Made by a program: the position numbers and the translations under genes. The notes beneath the pieces are model-generated. The model saw only the letters and a list, made by a program, of their open reading frames with translations, did not search any database and was not told the DNA's origin. A stretch of DNA of 64,000 bases from Candidatus Bathyarchaeota archaeon (GTDB taxonomy: Archaea; Thermoproteota; Bathyarchaeia; Bathyarchaeales; Bathycorpusculaceae), in assembly GCA_963811105.1 (NCBI GenBank), contig CAWEPZ010000011.1, positions 64,001 to 128,000 on the forward strand, written 5' to 3'. The number at the start of each line of letters is the position of its first letter. Positions within the stretch are counted from its first letter, which is position 1. This document shows, piece after piece, positions 42,711 to 53,098 of this stretch.

Positions 42711-43031
42711 TTATTGATTAATTATCATAGGTTCATTTTTTGTTTTGGTTGATTGGATTTTACTTTTTATTTTCGAAGTGGGAATTGCTCTATTCAGTTC
42801 TTTAAAGCACCTCACTAAGTAGATGCCTCGATCTGTAATCGCGTAGAAAATTCTATCCCGCTCAACGCATTTCTCTTCAACCGCACCTTGTTTAATCAGA
42901 AATTCAAAATAATTCTTCAATGTGTTACAGTTGACGTTAGCTTTTTGCATTACATGGGTTATCCTTAGAGGACCACTATAAAATAATGTTTCAAGTATAC
43001 CTAAACATGTTTCTAATTTGGATCGTCTCAA
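42711..43031 (-). CDS. Winged-helix regulator (HTH_45-like)
   Basis: MRRSKLE..THVMQKANVN..YAITDRG; SD GAGGAG. Confidence 0.85.
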   Translation of the reverse strand: MRRSKLETCLGILETLFYSGPLRITHVMQKANVNCNTLKNYFEFLIKQGAVEEKCVERDRIFYAITDRGIYLVRCFKELNRAIPTSKIKSKIQSTKTKNEPMIINQ

Positions 43032-43179
43032 TTTTCAATCTCCTCTTTTCGAAGTTGAATCACTGTTTTGTTTTACAGCAGATGGTTGTTTTTCTGCCTC
43101 ATGTCGGCGGGTTGACTAGTTAGTTCTACAAGGGAAAATACACGTTAAGTCTTATCGTGCCTCTGTCAGAATTAGAAAA

Positions 43180-43584
43180 CTAAGCGCCATTTTTTTCACT
43201 CATTCTTATTAATGTAAGTTGGCTTAACAGTTGACCGATTTTGCTAGACATTTTTACGTTTTTCTGGGCGTTTCTTTCTTTTTCTCTGTGTTCGGCGACA
43301 TGAGCTTTGATTGCTCGATTCATCGCCTGTAAATCGGGTACAACTAGTATTTCGGCTCCGCATTCGCAATTAATGATTGGTAAATGTTTCTTCAAATGTG
43401 TATCTGCATCAACGTTGCTACCTTCTATAATGTTTTCAATTTTTGCTGCTTTAGTATGCAACATTTTCTGGATTCTCACATTTCTATTTCGACTCATATG
43501 AACTTGAAAATCTCCATCCACTAAATCTTGTGATAACCTATATGCAGGGGTCCTTTTTATGGTAATGTCTGTATAGCCTTCCAT
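43180..43584 (-). CDS. Small putative Zn-binding protein (start uncertain)
   Basis: INCECGAEILVVPDL..IKAHVAEH (CxC...HxxxH). Confidence 0.6.
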   Translation of the reverse strand: MEGYTDITIKRTPAYRLSQDLVDGDFQVHMSRNRNVRIQKMLHTKAAKIENIIEGSNVDADTHLKKHLPIINCECGAEILVVPDLQAMNRAIKAHVAEHREKERNAQKNVKMSSKIGQLLSQLTLIRMSEKNGA

Positions 43585-43872
43585 CTACAAGGTTAAAGAT
43601 AACTTCAGCATGTATAACTAAAACTTCTGTTGATTTGCAAATGAAGGCCCTGATCTGGTAGATGTTGAATTTATAAGAATCACGTACAAATGTCCGAGTC
43701 AAAAAAACCTCCAGAAGAATAAGAGTTTTTAGCCTATTGAGGTTGCAGCTGTTTCCTTTGACTTCCTTAGTTTCATTAGCGGTGATGGCTTGACCTATAA
43801 TCAATTAATATTTATTTTTAGTTTTTAGAAGATGGCTTTACTTCAGTGGTGGAAGAAGTCGCCAAAAGTATT

Positions 43873-44766
43873 CTATTTTTTTGGCAAAAGTTCACTTAGT
43901 TCATAACTGGCTACGCAAACTACACTGTCTGCGCCGCCGTAATAGAGTAGGAGTTGGTTATCCAATATTACTTGTCCGCAGCTGAAGACTACGTTAGGAA
44001 CTTGTCCATAACGTTCATAGTCTTCAGTCGGTGTTAGAATTGGTTCTTCGGAGCGATAGAGAACTTGCTCGGGATTGTTCTTGTCAAGCAGCGCAACGCC
44101 GAGGGAATATACTTTTTCTGCACTAACTCCATGATAGATGAAAAGCCAGCCTTCATTTATTAGAATTGGCGGGCCTGCGGCGCCGACCTTCCAGGCATCC
44201 CAACTGTTTGAACTTGGACCTAAAACAAACTTTAAACTGTGCCATTGCTGAAGGTCATCCGAACGAGCTATGCAAATATCAGGGTCCATACGATGTAACA
44301 TCACGTATTCTCCTTTAACCTTTTGAGGAAATATTACTGCATCTTTATTGTGAATCCCGGGAAAGGCTAGATGCTTTTCGCTCCATTGCCATCTTCTAGC
44401 CAGAAAATCGGTCAAATTGATGGAAGTTAAACCTATTTGAAAGACTCTGTGTTTTAAATGCATTCCGAATGCAGTGTATGCCATAATCAATGAACCATCT
44501 ATCAAAGTTAAACGAGGATCCTCACACCCTTCTTTCTCACATTCGCTTAATGGACTAAAAACTGGAAAGGGTAAACGCTCATCAATATGATATCCGTCAT
44601 TAGAGGCAGCTAAGCCTATACGCGAAATATTGTCTGCACCTATTGCACGATAGAGAATGTGAACACGATTGTCTGCGGCGAACGCAGCTGCATTGAACAC
44701 TTGACGTGATTCCCACGCGTGATTCCCTATGCATTCAAGTATGGGATTATTTTTAAATCGGTTCAA
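43873..44766 (-). CDS. GH130-family glycosidase/mannoside phosphorylase
   Basis: VFNAAA, ILYRA, GCEDPR, NKDAVIFP, LHR, IYHGV, NVVFSCG and YYGGAD. Confidence 0.92.
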   Translation of the reverse strand: MNRFKNNPILECIGNHAWESRQVFNAAAFAADNRVHILYRAIGADNISRIGLAASNDGYHIDERLPFPVFSPLSECEKEGCEDPRLTLIDGSLIMAYTAFGMHLKHRVFQIGLTSINLTDFLARRWQWSEKHLAFPGIHNKDAVIFPQKVKGEYVMLHRMDPDICIARSDDLQQWHSLKFVLGPSSNSWDAWKVGAAGPPILINEGWLFIYHGVSAEKVYSLGVALLDKNNPEQVLYRSEEPILTPTEDYERYGQVPNVVFSCGQVILDNQLLLYYGGADSVVCVASYELSELLPKK

Positions 44767-45199
44767 CTTCTTTGCTCAAATCCTATTGAGCAGCAAGTAA
44801 GACTCAAGACGCTTAACTGGCTTATGACTTAGCAATATGAATCCAAAATTCACGCCCAAAATAGAGAAACAGAATTAACGGCGCATCTTTAACAGCAAAG
44901 TAGGCAGGTAAACAAAAAATGCTGGTGCATGGCAATAAAACATTTCAGAATCGTTATCTCTGCAAATTTCATCTTCTTATGATTGTGAGCTATCTCTTAT
45001 TATTCAGGGTTTAAGCGGATTACGTGTTTGAATCTGTCTATAATTTGAGGTCACCCGTTTTGGTGTTGTTTTCAGTTAGACGTGATTCTTTTCCTCTTAT
45101 CTTTTCGCAGCTGAAGGAAGGTCGACAGGGCGAAGAGCGCAAACAATAGTGTTCTGAACAGTGCAACTTAGTAACCTGACATTGTTTTGACCTAATATA

Positions 45200-45413
45200 G
45201 TAAGAAGTTGCGATGTAATACCACTTGTCCGGTGTCCTCTTTATCAGAGCAAACAATCCTCCAGCTACATAATTCAATCAGTTTTGTTCAGGAAAGTCCA
45301 AGTCAGCCTCTTGAGCCGTTACGGCTTTATCTTTTGAATTCGCTCCCGCCGCTCTAAGTTTAGATCCTTATTCGTTGTTGCATTTCGAAAATAGCTTTTG
45401 AAAGTTCCTCCAT
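45200..45413 (-). pseudogene. Disrupted small protein (frameshift plus in-frame TGA)
   Basis: MEELSKAIFEMQQRI / SKLRAAGANSKDKAVTAQEADLDFPEQN*LNYVAGGLFALIKRTPDKWYYI; 3' end approximate. Confidence 0.55.
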
Positions 45414-45570
45414 GTGGTAACCCTCTAGCTGGCGAATCTTGCTTTTCGGAGAGACAGGGTTAGGGCGATCTCATTTGTTTTAGCAAGACTCGCCGATTGC
45501 CTCAAGAATAGGCCTAAATTATTTATTAGTAGTATGAATTTGATATTCATGTTTTTTAGTCAAACAATGA
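45361..45570 (-). repeat. Copy 1 of a ~210-bp promoter + hairpin leader + gene-start unit
   Basis: Collinear similarity to 54406-54618: gttgcatttcg, agctggcgaatcttgctttt, ggagaga and tatgaatttga.attcatgtttt. Confidence 0.85.
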
Positions 45571-45856
45571 AACCGGTGTCCCAACACCAATTGCTTAACT
45601 AATTCACAACTAGGTGCAGCCATATTGTCTTCAAAGACCAAGAAAGCCGTTTTTCAATATCGAACTTTTTTCATTTGAAATGTATTTTTTTAAAATATTG
45701 TTATTAACTAAGATATGTTTCTTTATAATAGTCCATGAGTTAATTCATCATGCGTATAAGTGTGTATCACCAAAATGGCAGTTGGAGAAGAGCGCATTAA
45801 CGCCAGCCATAATGGATTGTTGTTAATAGAAGTGCGCGCAAAAAAAAAGATCATGT

Positions 45857-46168
45857 ATGAGAAGATCTAAACTGGAAATACATGGGGATATTCTGAAAGT
45901 TTTGGCTCAACGCGGTCCGTTGAAAAAGACCCACATCATGTACAAGACTAACGTTAGTTGCAGCGTGCTGGATGGCTACCTTGCCTTCATGATTAAGCAA
46001 GGAGTGGTTGAGATGAGAATCATTAAAAGAGCAAGAAAAATATACGCGATAACGCAACGCGGGATTTCAGTGCTTAAACAGTTCAGAGAACTCGAGATAG
46101 AGTTGCCCATAGTTGAAGAAACAAGAGAGACCAAATACCCGCTCCTTCTAAAACACGTGCCGAGATGA
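45857..46168 (+). CDS. Winged-helix regulator (HTH_45-like)
   Basis: MRRSKLE..GPLKKTHIMYKTNVS..YAITQRG; paralog of 42711 and 10883. Confidence 0.88.
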   Translation: MRRSKLEIHGDILKVLAQRGPLKKTHIMYKTNVSCSVLDGYLAFMIKQGVVEMRIIKRARKIYAITQRGISVLKQFRELEIELPIVEETRETKYPLLLKHVPR

Positions 46169-47210
46169 AACTTTTTGAAAACAGGAATGAAAATAGATTC
46201 AATTCCGACGAAAATTATTGAACCCACGCTTCCTTATACTGTGGTAAGTAATAGAACCAGCAATGCGGGTTTTATATGTCGCCACTCAAAAGTGTCAATA
46301 TCTAGGCTAACAATTCTTTCAATTCTGTTTCTAATTAGGTAGTCTGAAAAGAGGCCAAGAGACGGACGGAAACGGTAGCAGGGCTTTTGGAGAAAGATGA
46401 CTCGTCTGGTGGGGCTCATATCTGTTTGTGGAAACTATAACTTTCAGTCCTGGTGCTTGGGATGAGCTATCTCCAAAATTAGAAACGTTCGCTACGAATA
46501 CTAACACTTACTTTGATGAATTGTGGGATCGCGACGAGCTAATTGCAGATTTATCCCTCCTTTCGCACTTCAATGAGCCAACACTTTGTCTTGAGGCGGC
46601 AAGAATGCCACATTTTTGAGCTCATAGTCGAAAATTTTGAGATAATTTCCAGGTCTACATTGGCGCCTTATCCAAAAACGATGGTCATACTCCCCATATC
46701 TCTAACTCTGGCGAATTTGTCAGGTGAGTAACAGCATTCGTCAAGTCAACGTAAGCTGTAAGCAACTTCGGCTGAAAATTTTTTCCGAAGTTTTTTACTA
46801 TGTCACGCAATAATGTTCAATGTGTTATCAATTGAGGCTACAGTTGCTTCAAAATAACTTTTACAATCCCTAAGTACAACAAGGAAATAGGCGTTAGAAA
46901 AGCGGGGAACTTAACCAAGGAAGATGGAGTTAATAATGCCTTATGTTATGGCAACGCGAATTAGTTTTAGAGTTCTATTGCCTTGCTGACCCTTATTCTG
47001 CACTATAATGTGTTATTTGTTAATTGGGTTTTGGACTTGTGCACTTCTTCCCTTAACTTCCATGATTTAGAAACAGCTTTTATTGTCGAAGAAAGAGAGA
47101 GTTTACCATTTTGACTAACAAATATCAAAAATGAAGCTTTAGATTAACTATGGTGTAGTCTTCTTTTTCTTTAGGTTGAGAAAGCAGACTTTTGCTTTCT
47201 ATCATTTGTA

Positions 47211-47576
47211 CTATTTTGAGGTATAATTGCTATAGATTGAGGCGTGGGGATTCTCGTTCTCTCGTCTCTCAGCAGTGTCTTTCATTTCTTCAACAGCTTG
47301 GTTAATACTTGTCACGGGTAACAAGTTCCCCAAAACGATAGAGCGTGATAATAGCTCAATTTGTTCATTAACTGCGCTGACCTTAATCTCGAGAATTGTC
47401 ATCTTTTTATCTGTCACATAAAGTTCTATGACACAGTCTTTAGGGTGCTCTTCCGGAGTCCCGCGGACAAGTATTGCGTAATAATCATGTTTTCCCCTTG
47501 AAAAGAGGCTTCCATCTGAGTCAACGGAGGTCCAATTTAGTTTCGCCAATTGCTTTCTCTCACTTGCTTTTTGCAC
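47211..47576 (-). CDS. Hypothetical protein
   Basis: 121-aa ORF; no recognised motif. Confidence 0.55.
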   Translation of the reverse strand: MQKASERKQLAKLNWTSVDSDGSLFSRGKHDYYAILVRGTPEEHPKDCVIELYVTDKKMTILEIKVSAVNEQIELLSRSIVLGNLLPVTSINQAVEEMKDTAERRENENPHASIYSNYTSK

Positions 47577-48143
47577 TCTTTAGGTGATTGTTGAAGTCTT
47601 TTCGCTTCATGCCTTCAGGTCATCTGTCCTATTTGTAATATAGGGGGTTTTCTTTTTAAGTTAAACAGAAATTAACGCATTATCAAAATCAGGATTAAAA
47701 CTTTGAGATTCAAAAAAGCATGGAAAATCCGTTGAAAGAAAAGAATTAAGGATGGTTCACCCAGCTCAAACATCGCCTAATGGATTATTACCACAAATAG
47801 TGGTGAGATTGAAGTTCTCAACTAGGAAAATTGGTTTGCAAAAGGATTTATTTCCTTAATTGTTTAACTTTTTTCCAAGGCACTTCTGTTTTTATTTCTT
47901 TACCATTTTCATCCTTGCGAGTCATAGCCGTTGTTTCTTTTCTATTTACATCACGTTTTATTTCAAAACTTGCGTTTCACAAACCAAAAAACAATAAGAG
48001 AGGCGTTATATTCGTTTCATTCGTCATGTTCAAGATGTTCGTTTCAAAATTAAAGAGGAAACAGAAAAACCTGACATTGTCCGATTGCTGAGGTATAACG
48101 GCTTATGAAAGGCACAAAACTGTGAAGGAGTTGGAAGCAATCA

Positions 48144-48971
48144 TTGGGTAAAGATAACATTATTTTAGGAACTTGCGGTTGGAGTTATAAAGAATGGGAA
48201 GGGAATTTCTACGAAAAAAGAACCGGACAAAGTAAACTCAGAGCTTACTCCAGAGTCTTCAAAACTGCTGAAATAGATTCTACTTTCTACCGCAATCCTT
48301 CTAAAGGAACAGTTATGGGGTGGCTAAAGTATTCACCAAGTAATTTTGTGTTTACTGCTAAACTACCTAAAACAATAACGCACGACAATATGCTTGGTTT
48401 AAAGAAAGACGTTAAGACTAATTTAGAAGTGTTCTTGGATTTAATGAGACCTCTTCAGCTAGGTGGAAAACTAGCGTGTTTACTCATACAGTTACCACCA
48501 AAGTACTCATATAATCCAGAGAATCTTGAAGGATTCTTCAAATTGCTTGACCCAATGTTTAGGTATGCGGTAGAATTTAGAAATGTAACATGGTTGCTTC
48601 CTTATACTTTGACTTTTAAGCTCTTGGAGCAATATCGGATAGCTTACACCATTGTTGATGAACCGCTTCTTCCGCCAGAAGTGCACGTGACTACTGATTT
48701 TGCTTATTTCAGGTGGCATGGCAAAGGAGAAGACATCTGGTTCGACTACAGGTATAATGAGAAAGAGTTAGATGCTTGGATTCCAAAAGTGCAAGAGACT
48801 TCTAACAAAGTCAAGAAAGTGTATGGTTACTTTAACAATCACTTTCATGGTTATGCACCAGAAAACTGTCTACAGCTAATCGAAAAACTAGGATTGACAA
48901 CTGAGGGACAAAAGAAAGCGAGTGCGAAAAATACTATTAAACAATCCCAACTGGGATCATTCTTTAGTTAA
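48144..48971 (+). CDS. DUF72 (YecE-like) protein
   Basis: GTCGWSY..W, EIDSTFY, FTAKLPKTITH, QLPP, AVEFR, YFRWHG and YFNNH. Confidence 0.92.
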   Translation: MGKDNIILGTCGWSYKEWEGNFYEKRTGQSKLRAYSRVFKTAEIDSTFYRNPSKGTVMGWLKYSPSNFVFTAKLPKTITHDNMLGLKKDVKTNLEVFLDLMRPLQLGGKLACLLIQLPPKYSYNPENLEGFFKLLDPMFRYAVEFRNVTWLLPYTLTFKLLEQYRIAYTIVDEPLLPPEVHVTTDFAYFRWHGKGEDIWFDYRYNEKELDAWIPKVQETSNKVKKVYGYFNNHFHGYAPENCLQLIEKLGLTTEGQKKASAKNTIKQSQLGSFFS

Positions 48972-49077
48972 GGCTTTCACCGAAAATAGTGCATTCAAGT
49001 GGAAGTATGTGCTGAAACTTTTTAATAGAATTATAATAGTGATTGAAGTATAATATGGATAAACGGATGATGAAAGC

Positions 49078-49251
49078 ATGAATAAAAAAGAATCTTGTAT
49101 TAATACTGACTACACTAGTGGTTTTAAAATTACTGTGGATAGTGATGGGAATTTCGTTGCGGTTAGAGGCAAAAATAAGCTTAAAGCTCAATCTGCGCAG
49201 GAAATAAACGAATTGATAAAGAACTTTAACAAAGAACATAAGGCAACATAA
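49078..49251 (+). CDS. 57-aa hypothetical microprotein (not in the ORF track)
   Basis: MNKKESCINTDYTSGFKITVDSDGNFVAVRGKNKLKAQSAQEINELIKNFNKEHKAT. Confidence 0.5.
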   Translation: MNKKESCINTDYTSGFKITVDSDGNFVAVRGKNKLKAQSAQEINELIKNFNKEHKAT

Positions 49252-49710
49252 GAAAACAGGAATATTTTGTTTAGCGTCAAAATGCTATGTCAATGCGACT
49301 TCACCCGAAAACTTAACCATACAAAAATGCTTATCCTAACCTTAGAGTTTACCCGAACAAAGCAGAAACTATCGAGAAACTATGTGGTTCGAGAAGCAAT
49401 CAACAGAAAAGAAACCTTATGACAACTTCTTTAGTAACTGACGTCGCAAAAAAACGCAGAGCTTCAAAACTTGAAGTCTCAAATGGAAGAATTACAAAAT
49501 GATGCTTTCAGCGCCGAGGATAAAGAACAATTAAAGTTGCTGCTATTAGGATTAAAAGCTGAGAAACTGCACCTCAAAAATCAAATATTCATGTCTAAAT
49601 TCAAAATACTATTAGATTGTGTATAACGTGAAATTAACTAAAAAAGAACTAAAGAAACTACGAGAACAAGCTAAAGACCGGGCCTTACTTATAGACTTAT
49701 AGACTATTTC

Positions 49711-49869
49711 TTAAATCAAAATCTCTCTGCTCTCTGTAATGAAAGAGAGACAAGTTTGAGGCGTATATTTCTCAACGAAATTATTACATTTCCCAGACTC
49801 TGGCCAATGATCACAATAGTAGTCTCCGAGGTGAAATTTAGCACAGGATTTAAAGCTTCTACATGTCAT
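49711..49869 (-). CDS. 52-aa Cys-rich microprotein (not in the ORF track)
   Basis: MTCRSFKSCAKFHLGDYYCDHWPESGKCNNFVEKYTPQTCLSFITESREILI; GAGGAG upstream. Confidence 0.5.
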   Translation of the reverse strand: MTCRSFKSCAKFHLGDYYCDHWPESGKCNNFVEKYTPQTCLSFITESREILI

Positions 49870-50001
49870 TCTAACCACTGCTCCTCAACATTTGGTATTG
49901 AGTGCGTCATTTAAGCGATGTTTCAATCTTGAAATATATCAGGAAGAATTAGGGTTGATGAATTTTGGATAAGCATTAAATCTTATATTTAGTTTGAGGT
50001 T

Positions 50002-50127
50002 TTAGCTGTCGACTAGATGAGCTGTGCCATCAGGGCAAAAGACTTTTTCGCCTATAGTTACTTTTCCAAAACGTTGTTTGCATTCACATATCATTTTGGA
50101 GCAGCCGTCGCAATCGCGTGATAACAA
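50002..50127 (-). CDS. 41-aa Cys/His microprotein (not in the ORF track)
   Basis: TTG start after GAGGCG; MLSRDCDGCSKMICECKQRFGKVTIGEKVFCPDGTAHLVDS. Confidence 0.6.
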   Translation of the reverse strand: MLSRDCDGCSKMICECKQRFGKVTIGEKVFCPDGTAHLVDS

Positions 50128-50430
50128 TTTGTTTTTTTCGCCTCTCTTTCAGTTTTAACATGAAATTAGAAGTTAATCAAAGAAATAAGGCTTATATATC
50201 CATAATCTGAATTGGTGATCAATAGTAAAGTAAACTTTCCAACATCTTCTTTTCGCTTAGTAATAAGTTGTCTTTCAAGTATTCATTTTCTAAAATTAAT
50301 TCGGGGTTCTTTGTTTCTATTTTTATAATAGCTTTCAGTAATGAGTTTTGTTCATCTTTCTTAATTGTTACTCTCTAAAGTAGATTGAGCCATATTCTCG
50401 ATAGAGAGTTAAGGTTTTTTTGGAGCCTCT

Positions 50431-50763
50431 TTATTCTTGGTCATCCTTAACTAGCAGCTTTGCTGCCAATTTCAATTGCTCAAATGCTTCTTTAACTTTA
50501 ATATTATGCTCTAAAGCTGGGTTCTGCTCTAAGGCCTTATCCAAAGTAGAAAGGTCCTTTTGCACTTCAATTAAAAATACTTCCCGATACAGCTTCAAAA
50601 CCCGTACAGCCGGCAAAGCATAAATCTGATCATCAGTGAATCCTTCTCGACGCAACTTTGCCAATATTTCAATTTCAATGTTGATGATAGTTGGATTATT
50701 GGTTACCTTTTCCCCTTTAATGTACTCATCAAAAGTCATGTCGTCCATTTTCTTATCTGACAT
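50431..50763 (-). CDS. Hypothetical helical protein
   Basis: 110-aa ATG ORF. Confidence 0.6.
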   Translation of the reverse strand: MSDKKMDDMTFDEYIKGEKVTNNPTIINIEIEILAKLRREGFTDDQIYALPAVRVLKLYREVFLIEVQKDLSTLDKALEQNPALEHNIKVKEAFEQLKLAAKLLVKDDQE

Positions 50764-50833
50764 TATTAAGCGCCTTCAACCTTAGCAAAAAACTAAGCGT
50801 AACATATTTTTTAGCCAAAAGAACGTCTATTCC

Positions 50834-51010
50834 TTACTTGTCAAGTTCTTCTCTTAGAACAAGAATAGTAGGATACTCAATTGAATGACCTGATTTATCA
50901 CTCACTTTAGGATGACCCTTCTTACATCTCATCCCATATCTTGTCTTGGCTGCATTTTCCCAAACCTTTTCCGTTGGTCCACCACATACCGTGCACTTAA
51001 AATCTTTCAT
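50834..51010 (-). CDS. 58-aa zinc-ribbon-like microprotein (not in the ORF track)
   Basis: ATG after GGGTGA; MKDFKCTVCGGPTEKVWENAAKTRYGMRCKKGHPKVSDKSGHSIEYPTILVLREELDK. Confidence 0.65.
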   Translation of the reverse strand: MKDFKCTVCGGPTEKVWENAAKTRYGMRCKKGHPKVSDKSGHSIEYPTILVLREELDK

Positions 51011-51529
51011 ATATTTTCACCCATACCAAAAAAAATTATTCCGATAAAGTCAAAGTTGATTATATCGTAATTATGTCTTTCCAATTCTTTTCTCTCCTTT
51101 AACGTTATGTTGACTTGTTTTTTTAAGTCTTCCTACCACAAAGAAAAAGAGTTGAGGCTTTTTCGGTTTCGGAACCATAAAATCGGGGGTTAATTTTTTT
51201 CGTTGAATTAAGCGTGAAGTTGTTGAGGTTCCATGCCGAAGTAATGCTTTGTATGGCAATCTTCTTTTGGACATCCTTCACAGCTACTAAAGTTTGCTTT
51301 CTGACATGGTATTGTATAAGCGCGATCCATCTTGTCACTTCCTTTTCCTTCATTATATCATATAGTGTGTCTTGACATAGAAGAGACATGCTTAAAAGCT
51401 TTACTAAACAGGGATACTGTTAAGTCAAGTTACCTACTGATAGCTCTATTAGAGAATTAGAAACTTGCGGAACCGAATTTGAAGAGTGGGAAGTAACTTG
51501 AATTCTTCTGCTACTTGAGACCTCACCCG

Positions 51530-51925
51530 CACCCCCATTTTTTCTTACTGAATGTCAAGTTTTATTTCTCGCCGTCTTTTTTTAAGAATAACCACGGTTG
51601 CACCTATTGACGCGAAAGCAACAACTATTATGATCGCATAAACTAATGAATTTTCTGAAGATTGAGGTTTTGGCGTTGAAGTGATTTGTGACGAAGGCGA
51701 AGACAGCGGTGGTTGGCTTGGATTTGGAATTGGGGTTGGAATTAAAGTTGAGAAGGGCGTGGAAGCAGGCGTTGACGAGGGGGGTTGCGTTGGGTTTGGC
51801 GAAGGAGTTGAAGATGGACTTGGAGAAGGAGATAATGGATTAACATTAGGTCTAAGAAGATAGATTTCTCCGCTAAGAGAACAGAAGTAAAGCTCGTTTT
51901 TCTCATCTACGCGAAATCTGCAATG
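51530..51925 (-). pseudogene. 3' remnant of a PQQ/sorbosone-dehydrogenase-like surface protein with Pro/Ser linker and TM anchor
   Basis: IADF(G)VDEKNELYFCSLSGEIY, then PSPSPSSTP linker, LVYAIIIVVAFASIGATVVIL and KKRRR; no start. Confidence 0.6.
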
Positions 51926-52078
51926 TCAGCAATTTAGGAATACAGGCGCTCCAATATTAATTTCACAATGGAGTAGAATTAGAACACCTGGGCAAATTGA
52001 GCTCAGCATAGATTTGGTTTTCCTTCAGCACGAATTGTAACAAATAACATTAAAAACAACTAATAACAAGATGTACCT

Positions 52079-52369
52079 ATGAGCGACCAAAATAATCGCG
52101 TCTATGTGCTTGTCGAGATTCAACCTGGGAAGGAACGAGAGTTCGTCGATGAGATGTTGTCTAAGGGATTGATTGTAGACTCTAAAGTAGAACGGATGGA
52201 TCTTGTTCATGGAGCTTTCGACTTTGCCATAATGCTTCAGGGAAAAATGGAAAACATAGATCGCAGGATAATTGAACTGAGAAAATCTTCATTTGTGCGA
52301 AAGACAGAAACTCTTGTCAGTTTTGGAATGTTTCCATGGGAAGACCTATCGGGCCGATTAAACGAATAA
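52079..52369 (+). CDS. Stand-alone Lrp/AsnC ligand-binding (RAM) domain protein
   Basis: VYVLVEIQPGKE..VHGAFDF..VRKTETL. Confidence 0.85.
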   Translation: MSDQNNRVYVLVEIQPGKEREFVDEMLSKGLIVDSKVERMDLVHGAFDFAIMLQGKMENIDRRIIELRKSSFVRKTETLVSFGMFPWEDLSGRLNE

Positions 52370-53098
52370 CCCAAATCAGCACGCATACACGCATAAATAA
52401 ACTTGAAAATTAATTATCGTTAGCGCACGGTAAAGTTTGAATCAAGAATCAGTTGTGGAGCTGGGATGGGAGTTTGATTTGAGGTTCGATTTCCTTCCAG
52501 TTTAGGGTTCAAAAAAAGCTTGCTTAGGCAATTACCTTGGATCCTCCAGTTGCCAAACCGACTTATCAAAAATGAGCATCAAACATACTTATAACAAGGC
52601 ACATGTTTGCCATTGAAGGGGGGTTGGATTTGAACTCCTTCACCCGAGAGATGGAGATGTCATCCGCTTTCCCCTTTCTTACGCTTCTGTCTATCGAGTA
52701 ATGTAGGTGGTTAAGTTTGTTACCAAGTGTCAATTTGATGTTTGCCTAAAGACCGTTCTGGGAGTTTAGGAGGATAGAGCTTTGTTATTGCTCCAGAATG
52801 TTAGGTTTGGTTTGTGTGGTATTTGTGGTTGAGCCTAAGCGGCGTGCAGTCATAATCTCTTTTTTTCTCAGCATTTTTAATGCTTTCTTCATAACAATCG
52901 ATTACGCTCAAATAGAATTATCATATTTTCTTGTCAATTTTTGGTCTTACAGTTTGGGAATATGGCGTCAGACGCAATAATGACTATTATACATAAAGAC
53001 TATCGAGACTTAAGTAAAATGAAAATGGACAGTTAGAAAATGAAAAGGAAATGCTACTTCGTTTCTATGAACACTTTAAGCCAAATAGGTAACGAGAA

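Noticed and set aside
46200-47200. Short ORFs as a transposase remnant
   Set aside because: No recognisable motif in the frames I read.
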